From positions 31,496,001-31,560,000 of the forward strand of contig OX597836.1 of the NCBI GenBank assembly GCA_951406725.2: a stretch of DNA of 64,000 nt, written 5' to 3'. The position numbers and the translations under genes are program-made. The notes beneath the pieces were generated by a model. That model did not search any database. It worked only from the letters and a program-made list of their open reading frames with translations, and was not told the origin of the DNA. Source of the DNA: Octopus vulgaris. Lineage: Eukaryota. Shown in pieces: positions 1 through 13,725 of this stretch (position 1 is its first letter; the number at the start of each line of letters is the position of its first letter).

Positions 1-23
1 TTAACTTTTTCTCTATATTATAG

Positions 24-157
24 GGTGATCTGAAGAATTACCTCATTGAACAGGAAAATAAACTACCGATGCATAAAGAGAGGAAACTCTTGTTACATTT
101 TGCTGTCGATGTTGCTTGTGGTTTGGCCTGTCTTCATCGTCACAACTATGTTCATTG
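24..157 (+). CDS. LMTK1: LMTK/AATYK-family kinase, internal coding exon (upstream exons lie outside the window)
   Basis: tag|GGT...TG|gtaagt; translates GDLKNYLIEQENKLPMHKERKLLLHFAVDVACGLACLHRHNYVH; ends in phase 2, matching the next exon. Confidence 0.93.
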
Positions 158-206
158 GTAAGTGTGTACAGGATCTGATCATTGTCTTCATTATTAGATT
201 TTTTGG

Positions 207-485
207 TAAATTTTTTGAGTAACACCCGCACGATTTTCACTAGGAAAAAAAAAAAACTCAGATTTTTTGCATGGAATCAAGTACCCTGACCTCCTAATAC
301 ACTGCAAATCCCTAATTTTGGTTCGGGAAAAGGAGGGGACGGGGGGGAGAGTCCTTCACCTTTTTTCCGAACCAAAAATAAGGGACTTGCAGCATATTAG
401 GAGGTCAGGGTACTTGGTTCCAAGCAAAAAATCTGAGTTTTTTTATTCCTAGTGAAAATCGTGCAGGTGTTACTCAAAAAATTTA
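207..485. repeat. Long imperfect palindrome (fold-back element), ~125-bp arms
   Basis: taaattttttgagtaacacc...aaaagg / cctttt...ggtgttactcaaaaaattta. Confidence 0.88.
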
Positions 486-1150
486 ACGATTTTTTAACCT
501 CTGTAAACAAGTGAAAAAATAAAAAGAGGTTGGGTACACTGCGATAGTTGAAGACAGATACAAGTATACCTCAACTTATGATGATTACGTCTTCAGCCCA
601 TACATCGTTATTTTTCGTTTTCTTTTTTTTTTAAAATAAATGTAGGAAAATACTCTCAATTTCAGTTGATTTATTCGCATTTATGTTGTTCTCAGCAAAC
701 ATGCTAATAAAAATTTAAATTTTCAAACCACTTAAAAGCCAATACTGAAGTAGAAAATCAAATAAAATACTTGTGAATATATATTTAAACCATTTATATT
801 GAGATGTTTTTACCTATCTATAGTCAATATATTTAGGTACACAGCTTCACTTATCTGTTATTATATATTTAGACTACTTCTTAATCGATAGTCAAAGTAT
901 TGAGAGAAACTTGATCTTTAAAGAATATTTTTATGGAGTGGTTTAATGGTTGGCCAGAACTGGTAGAATATTAATGCAATGGAGATGTTAAAAGACCAAA
1001 GAATTACTGTACAACAGTGGTTCTTGACCACTGGGCTGTAAACCAATACTGGGCCATGTAGCAACTTGATACCAGGCCAAACAGAACAAATAAATCTTTT
1101 AATTTTATTTCTGTTGTATTGACTATCTCAGTCTGAAGAGTGTTTTTTGC

Positions 1151-1187
<37 letters not shown>

Positions 1188-1366
1188 ATAGGCGTAGGAG
1201 TGGCTGTGTGGTAAGTAGCTTGCTTACCAGCCACATGGTTCAGTCCCACTGTGTGGCACCTTGGGCAAGTGTCTTCTACTATAGCCTCAGGCCGACCAAA
1301 ACCTTGTGAGTGGATTTGGTAGACGGAAACTGAAAGAAGCTCATCGTATATATGTATATATATGTA

Positions 1367-1401
<35 letters not shown>

Positions 1402-1434
1402 ATATATGTGTGCGTGTGTGTGTGTATATATGTG

Positions 1435-1547
<113 letters not shown>

Positions 1548-1815
1548 GTGTGTGGGTGTGTTTGACAACCGATGCTGGTGTGTTTACGACCCCTGTAACT
1601 TAGCGGTTCGGCAAAAGAGACTGACAGAATAAGTACTAAACTTACAAAGAATAAGTCCTGGGGTCGATTTGCTTGACTAAAAGGCGGTGTTTCAGCATGG
1701 CCACAGTCAAGTGACTGAAACCAGTAAAAGAGTAAAGTGAGATGACCTTATGACTAACTTTACAAGAAATTGTCTTTAAAATTCATTTTCCTTTTCCACA
1801 ATTTTTTACTTGTAG

Positions 1816-1900
1816 TGATCTTGCTCTGCGTAATTGTTTGGTAACCAATGATCTGTCTGTAAAAGTTGGTGATTATGGCCTGGCTGAGGATATATATAAG
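1816..1900 (+). CDS. LMTK1: LMTK-family kinase exon (catalytic loop and DYG motif)
   Basis: tgtag|T...AAG|gtcagt; spliced product reads [36 protein letters not shown] plus DYG is characteristic of AATYK/LMTK kinases. Confidence 0.95.
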
Positions 1901-1944
1901 GTCAGTATTTTATATATATTTATGAATAAGATGTGTATGTGTGT

Positions 1945-1986
<42 letters not shown>

Positions 1987-1995
1987 CAATCTGGT

Positions 1996-2230
1996 TTAAC
2001 CCTTTTGCATTTAAACTGGTCAAGTTCGGTCAAAATATTTTACCTGTTTTGTTCAAACTGGCCAGATCTTGCCTCTCGCACCTACCCAACAATATCAGTC
2101 CAAAGTTAAGCAATCGCATCATTGAGATCTTGAAGCTATGAGATAATGCATGATTAATTGAAAACAATTGTTACTAAATAAATAAGCTTTACATTTATTT
2201 GACAGAGTAACCTGAAAGCTGAAGGGTTAA
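1996..2230. mobile_element. Second piggyBac-type MITE family; relatives at 3601-3820 and 63610-63682
   Basis: ttaacccttt...aagggttaa termini and a shared body. Confidence 0.7.
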
Positions 2231-3024
2231 CATCCTGGTTGTCATCATTTCACTTCATTCTCATTGGACAAAAATTATGCACATCATAGCTTTCCCTTCT
2301 TACCCCTCTCCTCCACCACCACCACCACACATATGCATGCACACACATGCACGCACACACATTAAGTATCTCATGCTTTATGTCCTATATAAATACAAAT
2401 ATCAAACAATCAAAACCATCAGAAAGTTATTTACACTGCAAACATTTGAATGTAGGTCAACATACCAAACAGGTCATTGTTATAGTGGGGTCACCACTTG
2501 TAAGGTCATCAACGCTCATCAAAAGGTATATTTAATTCATAATAATATAGCTTCCTACTGTCACATGCTACATGATGGATGTGGAAGTTTATTTTTCGGC
2601 ACATAATTACAAGGGAATGGATAGCTGCTGTTTTTTTTTTATATTTAGCCCCCAGGTCAGCCCTTATCAAATAGACCTATCATCAAATACATTCCAACTG
2701 TGACCATTCCATCTTTTTATTGTGTGCAGAGGAACACAATAAATAAAAAATAAAAGATTAAAAATATATTTATATATATGTATGTTCACACATGATCAGT
2801 TTCCATGAACCAAATTCCCTCATAAGTTGCTGGCCTGGGGTTATATATAGCAAAAGACACTTGCCTGAGGTGCTGCACAGTGGGACTGAACCCAAACCCA
2901 TATGGCTGCAAAGCAACCTTCTTAACCACAAAATCATACATGCACTCACATCTATCTATGTATTGTTAAATTTTTGTATGTTGTTAGTAGACCAGGTCTT
3001 TATATGTCTGGTATAATTCTTTAT

Positions 3025-3341
3025 GTAGAGGCGCAATGGCCCAGTGGTTAGGGCAGCGGACTCGCGGTCGGAGGATCGCGGTTTCGATTCCCAGACCGGG
3101 CATTGTGTGTGTTTATTGAGCAAAAACATCTAAAAAGCTCCATGAGGTTCCGGCAGGAGGTGGTGGCGACTCCTGTTGTACTCTTTCGCCACAACTTTCT
3201 CTTACTCTCTCTTCCTATTTTTTGAGTAACGCTGCGATGGACTGGCGTCCCGTCCAGCTGGGAGGAACACATATGTCACAGAAACCAGGAAACCGGGCCC
3301 ATGAGCCTGGCTAGGCTTGAAAAGGGCGAACGTTTATCGTT
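3025..3341 (+). mobile_element. tRNA-derived SINE family C; relatives 4053-4340, 11747-12045, 17898-18195, 23690-24010(-), 27950-28195, 30431-30730
   Basis: 13-bp TSD tataattctttat; A-box tggcccagtggttagg, B-box ggtttcgattccc. Confidence 0.88.
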
Positions 3342-3404
3342 TATAATTCTTTATACATCATTTCAACAACAATTGTATAAATATATTTAAAATGTCTATT
3401 GTAG

Positions 3405-3523
3405 GATGATTATTATGATACAGGGTGTGACCTGTTGCCAGTCCGGTGGATGGCTCCTGAGACTCTTACTTTACAAAAAGGAGTTTGGCGTACAAAGGCT
3501 TTTACACCTCAGGCCAATATTTG
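3405..3523 (+). CDS. LMTK1: LMTK-family kinase exon (subdomains VIII-IX)
   Basis: gtag|GAT...TG|gtaagc; DDYYDTGCDLLPVRWMAPETLTLQKGVWRTKAFTPQANIW. N replaces the usual subdomain IX D, as in LMTKs. Confidence 0.95.
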
Positions 3524-3902
3524 GTAAGCATCTGAGTTCAAGTCTTTTACAGACTCTTCTTGTTTTTTTTTTCTTCTAAAATCAAAAGAACTGGTACATT
3601 TAACCCTTTAGCCAACTATGTCCAGCCCAGATATTCTACACATTTTATGTTCAAACTGGCCAGATTTGGCCTCTCACACTTAGCACAAAATGTCAATCTA
3701 AAAATATACAATCACATCATTTGAAATCTTGAAGCTGTGAGATAATTGTATGATTAATTCAAAACAATTTGAGTAAATAAGCATTATATTTGACAGAGTA
3801 ATCTGAAAGCTGAAGCTAAAGAACTAATTTTTTGCTTTGTCAAAAGAAATTTTCTCAATTTGAAAATTATTATTTCTATTTAACAAGCATGTTGTTGTTG
3901 TT

Positions 3903-3934
<32 letters not shown>

Positions 3935-4419
3935 TTCAGTGAAATTACATCAATCATGAATCAAAACCATATTACAAATGTAGCTTTCTGGGATCTTATC
4001 ACCTTATTCTTCTGGATACTGTGTGTTAATAAGCATAAGTAAGCAGTGTAAAGGCATGTGACCTAGTGGTTGGGGTGTTGCACTTATGATTACAAGATCG
4101 TGGTTTCAATTCCTAGACTGGCAGTGTGTTGTGCTCTTGAGCAAAACACTTCATTTCATGTTATTGCATTTGTCTCAGTTGCTAATGGATAAACCTGCAA
4201 CAAACTGGTATTCTGTTCTGGGGGATTGTTGGCTTGCTTCCCTAGCCAGTGGGGTGGCTTCATTCGAAATCTACAACAATGTGAGGAAGTGCATTGTGAC
4301 CAGCAGTGTATAACAAAATCTGATAGTCTGGTCAATACAGTGTTGCATTCAGGTAAGCTGTGTATGGCTTAAGGAAACTAATACCATATTGTTTTTTTGT
4401 TTTTTTTCATAACCCCTAG

Positions 4420-4569
4420 GTCTTATGGTGTGAGCATGTGGGAATTGATACAGTTTGGCCGACAGCCCTATCATTGGTTGACTGATGAACAAGTCTTGGA
4501 CTGTGTTGTTCTAAAGAAGACAGAAGTTCTGCCAGTTCCAAATTATCCTGAAAACCAGAAGATCAACAT
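4420..4569 (+). CDS. LMTK1: LMTK-family kinase exon (subdomains IX-X)
   Basis: ctag|G...AT|gtaagt; SYGVSMWELIQFGRQPYHWLTDEQVLDCVVLKKTEVLPVPNYPENQKIN; phase compatible on both sides. Confidence 0.94.
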
Positions 4570-5183
4570 GTAAGTTCTACATAAAGCTAACTATGCTCTA
4601 TAAAATTCTATTGCTTGTTTTTTTTCTCCCTGTCATCTCTGATCCAGTAGATCAATGATCAAATAACATTCCAGCCATGGCCATCACATCCTTCTCTAGA
4701 GTATTGAGTATTTAATACTAAATTGTCTAATGTTGTTGATGTTGTTGTTTAGCCCTAAGCCATCCCTGATCCAGCTGACTAATGATCAAAGAAGTTCCAG
4801 TTGTGATCATCTATGTGATAAGAAGGTTGCTTCCCAACCACATGGTTCTGGGTTCATTCCCATTGTGTGGCACCTTAGGCAAGTGTCTTTTACTATAGCC
4901 TCGGGCTGACCAAAGCCTGATGAGTGGATTCGGTAGATGGAAACTGAAAGAAGCCCATTGTGTGTGTGTGTATGTATATACTCTTTTACTTGTTTCAGTC
5001 ATTTGACTGTGGCCATGCTGGAGCACTGCCATTAGTTGAGCAAATTGACCCTTGGACTTATTCTTTGTAAGACTAATACTTATTCTATTGGTATCTTTTG
5101 CTGAACTGCTAAGTTACGGGGGACGTAAACACACCAAGCATTGGTTGTCAAGCGATGTTGGGGGGACAAACACAGCCACACAA

Positions 5184-5248
<65 letters not shown>

Positions 5249-6197
5249 TATATACATGCATATGACAGGCTTCTTTCAGTTTCTGTCTACTAAATCCACC
5301 CACAAGGCTTTGGTCAGCACAAGGCTATAGTAGAAGACACTTGCCCAAGGTGCCATGCAGTGGGACTGAACCCGGAACCATGTGGTTGGTAAGCAAGCTA
5401 TTTACCACACAGCCACTCCTACGTCTATATATACATATAGGGCTGATCTCTAATTGCGGAGGAAATCTGTGGAAAAGGTAGACCCATGAAGACATGGGGC
5501 AAAGTTGTGAGAAGGGATCTTCAGATGCTGAGTCTCACTGAGGAAATGACAAAGGACCAGGTGTTGTGGCAATTTGCTGTACTTGAGAAGACGTGTCAAG
5601 CTAACTAAAATCGCAGTCGTCCATACTTGTAAGTCTGTCCTTTACAGGTGCTGGTGCCACATGAAATGCACTCATGCCAGTGCTGCATATATGCACCTGT
5701 GCCACGGGGGAGTAAGAGAGAGATGGTGGTGGATGTGTGTCAATGTCAGGACATATCTTCATGGTTTAGTGGGGGTGGGTGAATATGGGTGAAGTGATAT
5801 AGAGGATTGGACTGGGTGAGTGAGCAAGGTGGACAGAGGGTCAAGTTTCAGAAGAATGTGAGGTGAGATGGTTAGAGATTGGATAGAGGTCTCTGTAATC
5901 TGAATGCTAAAAGGTTAAAACAGTTTTTAAAATTTTACACCTGATGCATACCAGTAATTACCCTGCAGACTGCACTAGTTTTGTTTGATCTCCTGTACAC
6001 CACTAAGTCAAAAAGAGATAAGGAGTCATTGTAATAGGATTAAAGTGCAAGGGATTTAGCTGCTATTTCTAGCAGATTGATCAACCATGTAAATGCTACC
6101 ATCTTGGTTTTGTGTATTGTTTTAACAATATTTGTTTTAATTAGAATTTGAGAAATTCTTTGACTTCTCTTTAATTTTTGTCGTTTGTCTTATTCAG

Positions 6198-7638
6198 ATA
6201 TGAACTGATGAAAATGTGTTGGCAGAAAGCAGAACAACGTCCTACAATTGAGGAATTACATGGTCATCTGTTGGATCTGGAGATCTCTTTGAAAAACATG
6301 GAAGAATCAGATTTTGAAAGCAAATGGAATATTCTGAGTCCAATTGAAATCGAAAGCCCAAGTCATGGAATTGCCCCAGAATCCATGGAGATAGCGACAG
6401 ATGCTCTGGAACTGTTTGTAGCTGAGAATGAAGCTCCTGTTGCTAATGGTAACACAGGAGATGTAGTTGTTAATATTCCCATCGAAGTTCCATTAGAAAA
6501 TGGTCTGACAATTCCATTGGCTAGCCGTCACCTCTTGACCTTTAATGATAGTGATTTGGTGACTGACATCAATACGGAAACTGAAGAGAAGCTTTTAGCT
6601 CAGCTAGAGTCTGAAACAAAGAATGCACCAAACAGTGAAACTATGCTTGATCTTGATCCTGAGTTTGAGCTGGAACCAAAAAGTCCAGCAAAAACCATTG
6701 CAAAACAGGGTAAAGTTGACCATTCTGGTCACGATGCTGTCGATAGTGTTGATGGATCCAGTCCAATCAGTGCCGGCAAAATGAAAAAGGCGAACAGCAC
6801 TGAAGAAGATGGAATGCCTTCCCCAATACCACATGTGTCTCCCAATACTTCACCTTCTCACTCAGATGCTGAGCTGCAGCGTTCGTCAGAGCGTATCCAA
6901 GATCTGAGCTCAATCCATTCTTGTAGTGATGAAAGTGCCAATGAATCGTCTCCTGAGATCTCTGAAGAAATGGCTGACATCTATTTTCAAAGACGTCCAA
7001 ATTCAAGCGGCTTACGTCGCTCCAATCTGAAAGCAATGCCTTTAGCGCCAATACCAGAAAATGGTATACCTGTAGACAGTTTTAGTGGGACTTTTAATAA
7101 ATCTCGGCTAGTAAAATGCAATTCTGATGACTCTCCGTCACAACAAGACTCTCCGTCACAACAAGACTCTTACGAATGGGATGAACTAGTTGGTGGACAG
7201 CTTGTGGGTAAAAGCTGTGATAATGTACCCTCACCCCGTCGAAGCTTGGACTTTGACTGGTCCATGGATTCGAACCCCAAACCAGTTACCCACAATAAAA
7301 GGCGAAGACATACGTTGGCATCACTCCCAGATCTAGGTAAAAACAGTAATTTTTCTTTTGGTAAATCGGATAGTTGTTTCTCCACGTCCGGAACTGGACT
7401 TAATGCTTGTTCCATTGCATCGGAGATCTTGACCAGTCGGGTCATCTCTCCAATTACTAAAAAAACACCACCACGTCGAACATTTTATACAATTTCCTCT
7501 CTCAATGATATTGATCTGGACATTGGTGATGATGACGATGGACTTGAAATGGACAATTTTGATATTCCACGTAGCCTTCATTTAAAATATTCCACCAGTC
7601 AAGATCTCACAACAGTTGGCAATTCAGACACATCAAAG
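6198..7638 (+). CDS. LMTK1: LMTK-family kinase large exon: end of kinase domain plus long Ser/Glu/Pro-rich disordered tail
   Basis: ttcag|A TAT GAA CTG ATG (YELMKMCWQKAEQRPT); 480 open codons within ORF 6178-7650; donor AAG|gtattt in phase 0. Read-through of the donor stops at TAA 7648-7650. Confidence 0.92.
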
Positions 7639-7974
7639 GTATTTATTTAACAATAGACATTTCTATTTATTTACCATGTTGTTTCTTTGTTATTCCCTTT
7701 TTTTAATTGGCAAATATTTTGTTAGATTTTTTTTTGGTGCTGAGTACAAATAACCAGGTATAGTTTGTAGTGAAATGGTATCTATAGTACTGGATTGTAT
7801 TATCTTGATTTAATTATATTTTGATTTTTTTGTTTAACATCTTAAATACATCAGATATTACCCTAGAAGATTGAGTATTGGCGTAGATATAACACATATT
7901 GTGCCATAGATACAATGTATATTGCTATAGAAATGCTACATCTTGGTTTAGATACTGTATATTGTCATAAATAC

Positions 7975-8640
7975 ACTCTACATTGCCATAGACACACTGC
8001 ATGTCGCCATAGATACACTCCGTGTCACCATAGATGCACTACATGCCACCATAGACACACTGCATGTTGCCAGAGAGACACTGCATGTTGCAAAGATATA
8101 CTGCATGTTGCAAAGATATACTGCATGTTGCCATAGACACTGCATGTTGCCATAGACACTGCACGTTACCATAGACACTGCATGTTGCCATAGACACACT
8201 GCATGTTGCCATAGACACTGCATGTTGCCATAGACACTGCATGTTGCCATAAATACTCTGCATGTTGCCATAGACACTGCATGTTGCCATAGACACTCTG
8301 CATGTTGCCATAGACACTGCATGTTGCCATAAATACTCTGCATGTTGCCATAGACACTGCATGTTGCCATAGACACTCTGCATTTTGCCAGAGAGACACT
8401 GCATGTTGCCATAGACACTTTGCATGTTGTCATAGATACAGTGTGTTTCTGTAGATATACTGTTACATCATGTTTTGCTTTAGACACATTGCACGTTACC
8501 ATAGATACACTTCATATTTCCTTAGATACACTTCATGTTTCCATAGACACACTACATGTTGCTATAGACAAGCTGCATGTTACCACACATACTCTGCATG
8601 TTGATGCAAATACATTACATCTTGCTTCAGTTACTTTACA
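7975..8640. repeat. Minisatellite, 19/21-bp unit catgttgccatagac(ac)tg
   Basis: Direct tandem repeats, homogeneous in the centre and degenerate at the edges. Confidence 0.93.
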
Positions 8641-8699
8641 GTTGACATAACTATATAAGCTGATTTAGTTACAGTACAGCTTGCCAGAGATATATTAAT

Positions 8700-9217
8700 A
8701 CATATCTTGCCTTACATTCACCATATCATGCCTTACATACACCATATATTGCTTTACATACACTATATCTTGCCTTACATATACCATATCTTGCCTTACA
8801 TACACTATATCTATCCTTACATATACCATATCTTGCCTTACATACACTATATCTATCCTTACATATACCATATCTTGTCTTACATACACTATATCTATCC
8901 TTACATACACCATATCTTGCCTTATATACACCATATCTTGCTTTACATTATACTATATATACTATTTACACTATATCTTGCCTTACATATACCATATCTT
9001 GCTTTACGTATACCATATCTTGCCTTACATATACCACATCTTGCCTTACATATACCATTTCTTGCCTTACATACACCATATCTTACCTTACATATACCAT
9101 ATCTTGCCTTACATATACCATTTCTTGCCTTACATACACCATATCTTACCTTACATATACCATATCTTGCTTTATGTATACCATATCTTGCCTTACATAC
9201 ACTGCATCTTGCCTTAG
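8700..9217. repeat. Minisatellite, 21-bp unit catatcttgccttacatatac
   Basis: About 24 tandem units. Confidence 0.93.
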
Positions 9218-9292
9218 GTAGACAATATGAAGAACAAGTCTTCAAGTGGTCATTTTACATCTCATCAAGATGTGGGACTCGGACATCTCTGA
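9218..9292 (+). CDS. LMTK1: Candidate proximal alternative terminal exon of the kinase (VDNMKNKSSSGHFTSHQDVGLGHL*)
   Basis: catcttgccttag|GTA acceptor in phase 0, matching donor 7638; unique sequence begins exactly here; AATAAA at ~9357-9366. Confidence 0.5.
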   Translation, partial: VDNMKNKSSSGHFTSHQDVGLGHL

Positions 9293-10445
9293 GATATGAT
9301 GTCCACGTGTTTTAGCGCATCTCTCAATGCATGTCTATAGATGTGTGTTTATGGTAAATAAATAAACAGGTCGATTAAATGTCTAAATGTCTGAGATAAA
9401 TTTTTGTTAATTTCTTTGTCATCATCCATACTATAAATCTCAGTGCTATATAATGTATATTTATGATATTTAACCAAGGATCTGATTTAGTTCTGTGAAA
9501 GTCATACTGCTTGTTGCAAAGAATACATCAATGAGAGTCAAACTTGTACTTTATAGAGTATCAGTAACTAATCGGGACTGGAGTTTTTCCTCAGAAGAAC
9601 CCTGCTTTTTATTATGTACTTTTGGCAATCTTACATACGAAGCCTAGCTTTTATGATGTATTTTTAGTAATTTTACATAAGTGGGTTGTAATTAGAGATT
9701 AAGTGCAATTGTTGTGTTTAACATTAGTAGAAACTTTGAGCATTTTAGCTGTTGTTCATATGTGTCATTCATATGGCACACAAGTTTGTTTTCTTAACCC
9801 TTTCACAGGGAAATTAAATTTCTGGTTATTTCAGTAATGATATTAAATATCTACCAAAAAGTAGAACTGGTATTTTCTGCCTCAATAAACTTAATATATC
9901 TCAACAAATAATAGTTTCAAACATGATATTCTTCAACGAAAGATAGATTGGTGAATAAAACTGCTTTCCGCAGTTAAGGGTAATGAAATTTTAATTGGAT
10001 ACATCTGTTTTTCACTGTAAAAGTGTTAATGTTTAGGAGTAGTGTCTTTGTGCTTTTGAAAAAAGATAAGATTGTTGTCCCATAGAAGGATGTTGTATAG
10101 ATCTGTTTGTACATGAAAGCAGTGTATGTCGATAAGAGGTGTCTATATTGCACATGGAAAACCTCTATAGACAGATTAAGGAGGAATGAATGCGAGTGTC
10201 ATTTGAGTAAGAAAATATAAAGCTAACAAAGCTGACTTCAAGTTGGTCATTAATGTATAGAAGGAATATACAGAAGGAAGAAGGCAGCAATAATATATAG
10301 CAGGAAGAAGGCAGCATTAATATATAGAAGGAAGAAGGCAGCAAAGTGGCAGAATCAATAACATGTCAGATAAAAGGCTTAGCAGCCTTTCTTATGATTC
10401 ATTATGTTCTGAGTTCAAATTCTGCTGAGGCCAACTTTACTTTAA

Positions 10446-10673
10446 CCCTTTCGTTACCAACCTGGCTGAAACTGGCTCTGGCTCTGAGTACAAATGTTTT
10501 GTTTTCATAAGTTTTGAATTAGAATCTTCAAATCTTCCACCAAACCTTAGTCACAATTTATGTTCGTAACACTGGCTTAATGATAACTAAATTATTTTAC
10601 TAAATTCTTTGTTATATTTAAAGTAGTTGAAAGAAACACAGAGCATCTCAAAATAAATACAGTAACGAAAGGG
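10446..10673. mobile_element. piggyBac-type MITE inserted in a SINE; other copies ~23340-23541, 26270-26496, 26954-27183, 38503-38885, 52153-52547 (tandem), 60285-60506
   Basis: TTAA TSD; TIR ccctttcgttac / gtaacgaaaggg; ~230-bp conserved body. Confidence 0.88.
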
Positions 10674-10784
10674 TTAAACCTTTCAGGTTTGATAAAATAA
10701 AGTACCAGTCAGATGCTGGGGTAAATGTAATCAACTTTGCCTTCTTCTCAAAATAGTCTGGTTGGTGACCCAACCTTCTGAGTT

Positions 10785-11190
10785 CTTTTACAGGACTTAG
10801 AAAAACTAAAGGATTGCTGCAATAAGTGTGTGAATCTGAGAGGAGAGTATGTTGAATAAAATCATAATTAACTGATCCTCCTGTATTTTCTCTTACCCAA
10901 AGCCAAGAACTTTCCAGCCCCACCCTCATAGTGGTGGTCTGTATTGGTAAGGAGACTATAATGGTGGTTTGTGGTGACTAGGCGAGTACAAGGAGGTACT
11001 GAAAAGTTTCTAGCTTTAAAGGTATCACAAAAGGCCTGATTGGAAGCCCTACCTTCTAATTTCTTTTACAGGCCTTAGTAAAACTTAAGGACTGCTGCAA
11101 TAAGGATGTGAATCTGAGAGGAGAGTATGTTGAATAAAATCATAATTATTTTCTTTTACCCAAAGCCAAGAACTTTCCAGCACTCCCTTA
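10785..11190 (+). mobile_element. Two adjacent mariner-derived MITE relics
   Basis: Direct duplication of gagaggagagtatgttgaataaaatcataatt...caaagccaagaactttccagc; TIR-like ends. Confidence 0.5.
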
Positions 11191-13236
11191 TGTGTGCGTA
11201 TATATATTCTTGTAGAGAAAGAGAGAGAGAGAGAAAAGTGCTTATTTCTTCTTTTGCTTTAAAATAGTTTGTATTTTTTATTCAATTCTCCTATGTTCAT
11301 CATGTCAGAATAAATGAAGTGACAACCAGTTTAGAGCAAGAGGTAAGGTCTTGGTGAGTGAAGTATGTGATCTGCTTTCAGTTTCTCGCTGAAACCAATT
11401 TGCTTCCCTTATGCTGCTAATCCATATCCCTGCTTCCCTCTGGAAAGGCATGAGCATTGCAGCTTCCCAGTCACCTCTGCTTCCTATGCCCTGCATTCTT
11501 AAAATAATATAGGGATCTCTACCTGCCCCCCCAACTCCACTGCCTGCTAATTTTGTTGACTTGAAAGCCAGACAGACTTCATATTGTGGTAAAGGTGGCG
11601 ATGGCAGCGAATTTTCATCAAATGAAATATGTAAACAGGTTTCAAATCCTCAATGAAAATACTTTACTTTTTTCCACTAATATTTTAGTGAGGAGAGAGG
11701 TATGGGTGTGGCTTTTTCCATTTGTCCTGTCCTGAAGTCATTTCATGTGGAGGCACATGGCCTAGTGGTTAGAGCAGCGGACTCGTGGTCGAGGGATTGC
11801 GGATTCGAATCTCAGACCGGGCGATGTGTGTGTTTATGAGCGAAACACCTAAGCTCCACGTGGCTCCGGCAGAAGGTAATGGCGAACTTCTGCTGACTCT
11901 TTCACCACAACTTTCTCTCACTCTTTCCTCCTGCATCTTGTAGCTCACCTGCGATGGACCGGCGTCCCATCTAGGTGGGGAACCTATATGCCAAGGAAAC
12001 CGGGAAACAGGCCCTTATAAGCCAGGCGTGGCTCGAGAAGGAACAGAAGTCATATCATACCTCTTTCTCCTCTTAATGATGATGGTAATGATGATGCTGA
12101 TAACATTGACAAAAGGCTTAAATTACACAACTACAGTGTTGTGGTGATGATGAGGAGATGCAGTTCTTGGTGTCATATTTTCCTGCATATAAATTGACAT
12201 AGCATATTGTGTAAACATATATTGTAAATGTTCAAACATCATTGCTATCTTTCCAAATCTGCCTGCATTTCACGTGGAATGTTTGGTCTTCCAAATTTGT
12301 GTTGGTGTATAATTCAACATATCATTTTTTTTTTTATATATGGCTGTAAATTTTGGTCTGAGAAATTTTACTTGTATGCTGGAAAATATGGTGATTTTTA
12401 TGTTCATGCCTTACCACTATAGTCGGTGCCTCAGTTCACCCGACTGACAAACAGATTCCACTTAAGGCAGAACAGAATAAGTAAAGCCATTCTAACATAT
12501 GAGACAGACGTGAAAACAACAAAGAAAACAATGAAAGAGATTGTGTTATGATGAGGATAATTAAGATGCTGATAAGGATAATGAAAATAAAGATGATAAT
12601 TGATGCCATAAGAATTTATAAACTTTTGAGAGAATGTGAAATAACTATTTTTTGGAACAATGGATCTTGGAGCAGATAGAGCTATAAATGATAGCATGTA
12701 AATAATGAGATGAAAATTCCTTTTGGATAGAAAAAGTTGACGGCTGCCCATGGGACATCTTATTTGTAGCTTTATGTGCTTCAAGATTTATTGTTCCAAA
12801 AAAAAAAAACAAACAAAATGATTATTGCTATTGATGATAAAAATTGTATTGATAATAATCATTATGATAACGATAAGAGATAATAATTGATGCTTGTGAT
12901 ATGTTGAGGTAGATGTGACATGGCCAAACTGGCTGTAAATGTCAGTAAGTCAATTATGTTTAAGTATATGTATATGCACACATACATATATACCACGGTA
13001 ACCATGCAAATGTACACACTTGAACACACACAGATACACATACTCATATATATATATATATACACGCAAATGCACATAGACACATGCATGTGTGTACACG
13101 CATGCATTCATAAGTAATTATCTAGACTTTGGGGGTAGACATTTAATAGTATGTTGATTAAAACACTTTCACTATTTAGACTACCTGAATAAACATTCTC
13201 GTGAATTCCATTTTCTGTTTCTCTCATTCATTATAC

Positions 13237-13298
<62 letters not shown>

Positions 13299-13313
13299 GT
13301 GTGTGTATATATA

Positions 13314-13654
13314 TTTCGTTTTTGGATTTGGTTTGCAAGATTCTTTATATGAGTTCGTGTGTTGAAGCATATTCTGTTTTGTCTGGGGAGAGTCATTTTC
13401 TTTTTGTGCCTTATAATTTAACACACTCACCGGTAAAATTTCCATTTATTTCTTATTTTTATTTTCCTAAAATTTTGACTCTTTCCGATAGTCTTGACTC
13501 TTTTCGATAGTCTTGAGAGTCAAGACTATTGAAAAGGTTGCAAGACTCAACGAAAATTTTAGGAAAATAAAAATAAGAAATAAGTGGAAATTTTACCGGT
13601 GAGTGTGTTAAATTACAAGGCACAAAAAGAAAATGACTCTCCCCAGACACAACA

Positions 13655-13655
<1 letters not shown>
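13314..13655. mobile_element. Fold-back Penelope-like element flanked by (TA)n; hammerhead variant at 13526-13562
   Basis: ~100-bp inverted arms (13375-13477 / 13553-13655); near-identical to 61438-61725. Confidence 0.62.

Positions 13656-13725
<70 letters not shown>

Noticed and set aside
3030-3100. tRNA-like A/B boxes at many positions
   Set aside because: They are SINE heads continuing into repeat bodies with TSDs, not complete tRNA genes.
6178-6197. Start of the 490-aa ORF as an independent gene
   Set aside because: It is the polypyrimidine tract/acceptor of a kinase exon; the start codon is TTG.
7975-9217. Regularly spaced repeats superficially like a CRISPR array; ORFs of 174 and 202 aa
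   Set aside because: Head-to-tail minisatellites with no unique spacers, no cas genes and a eukaryotic intronic context.
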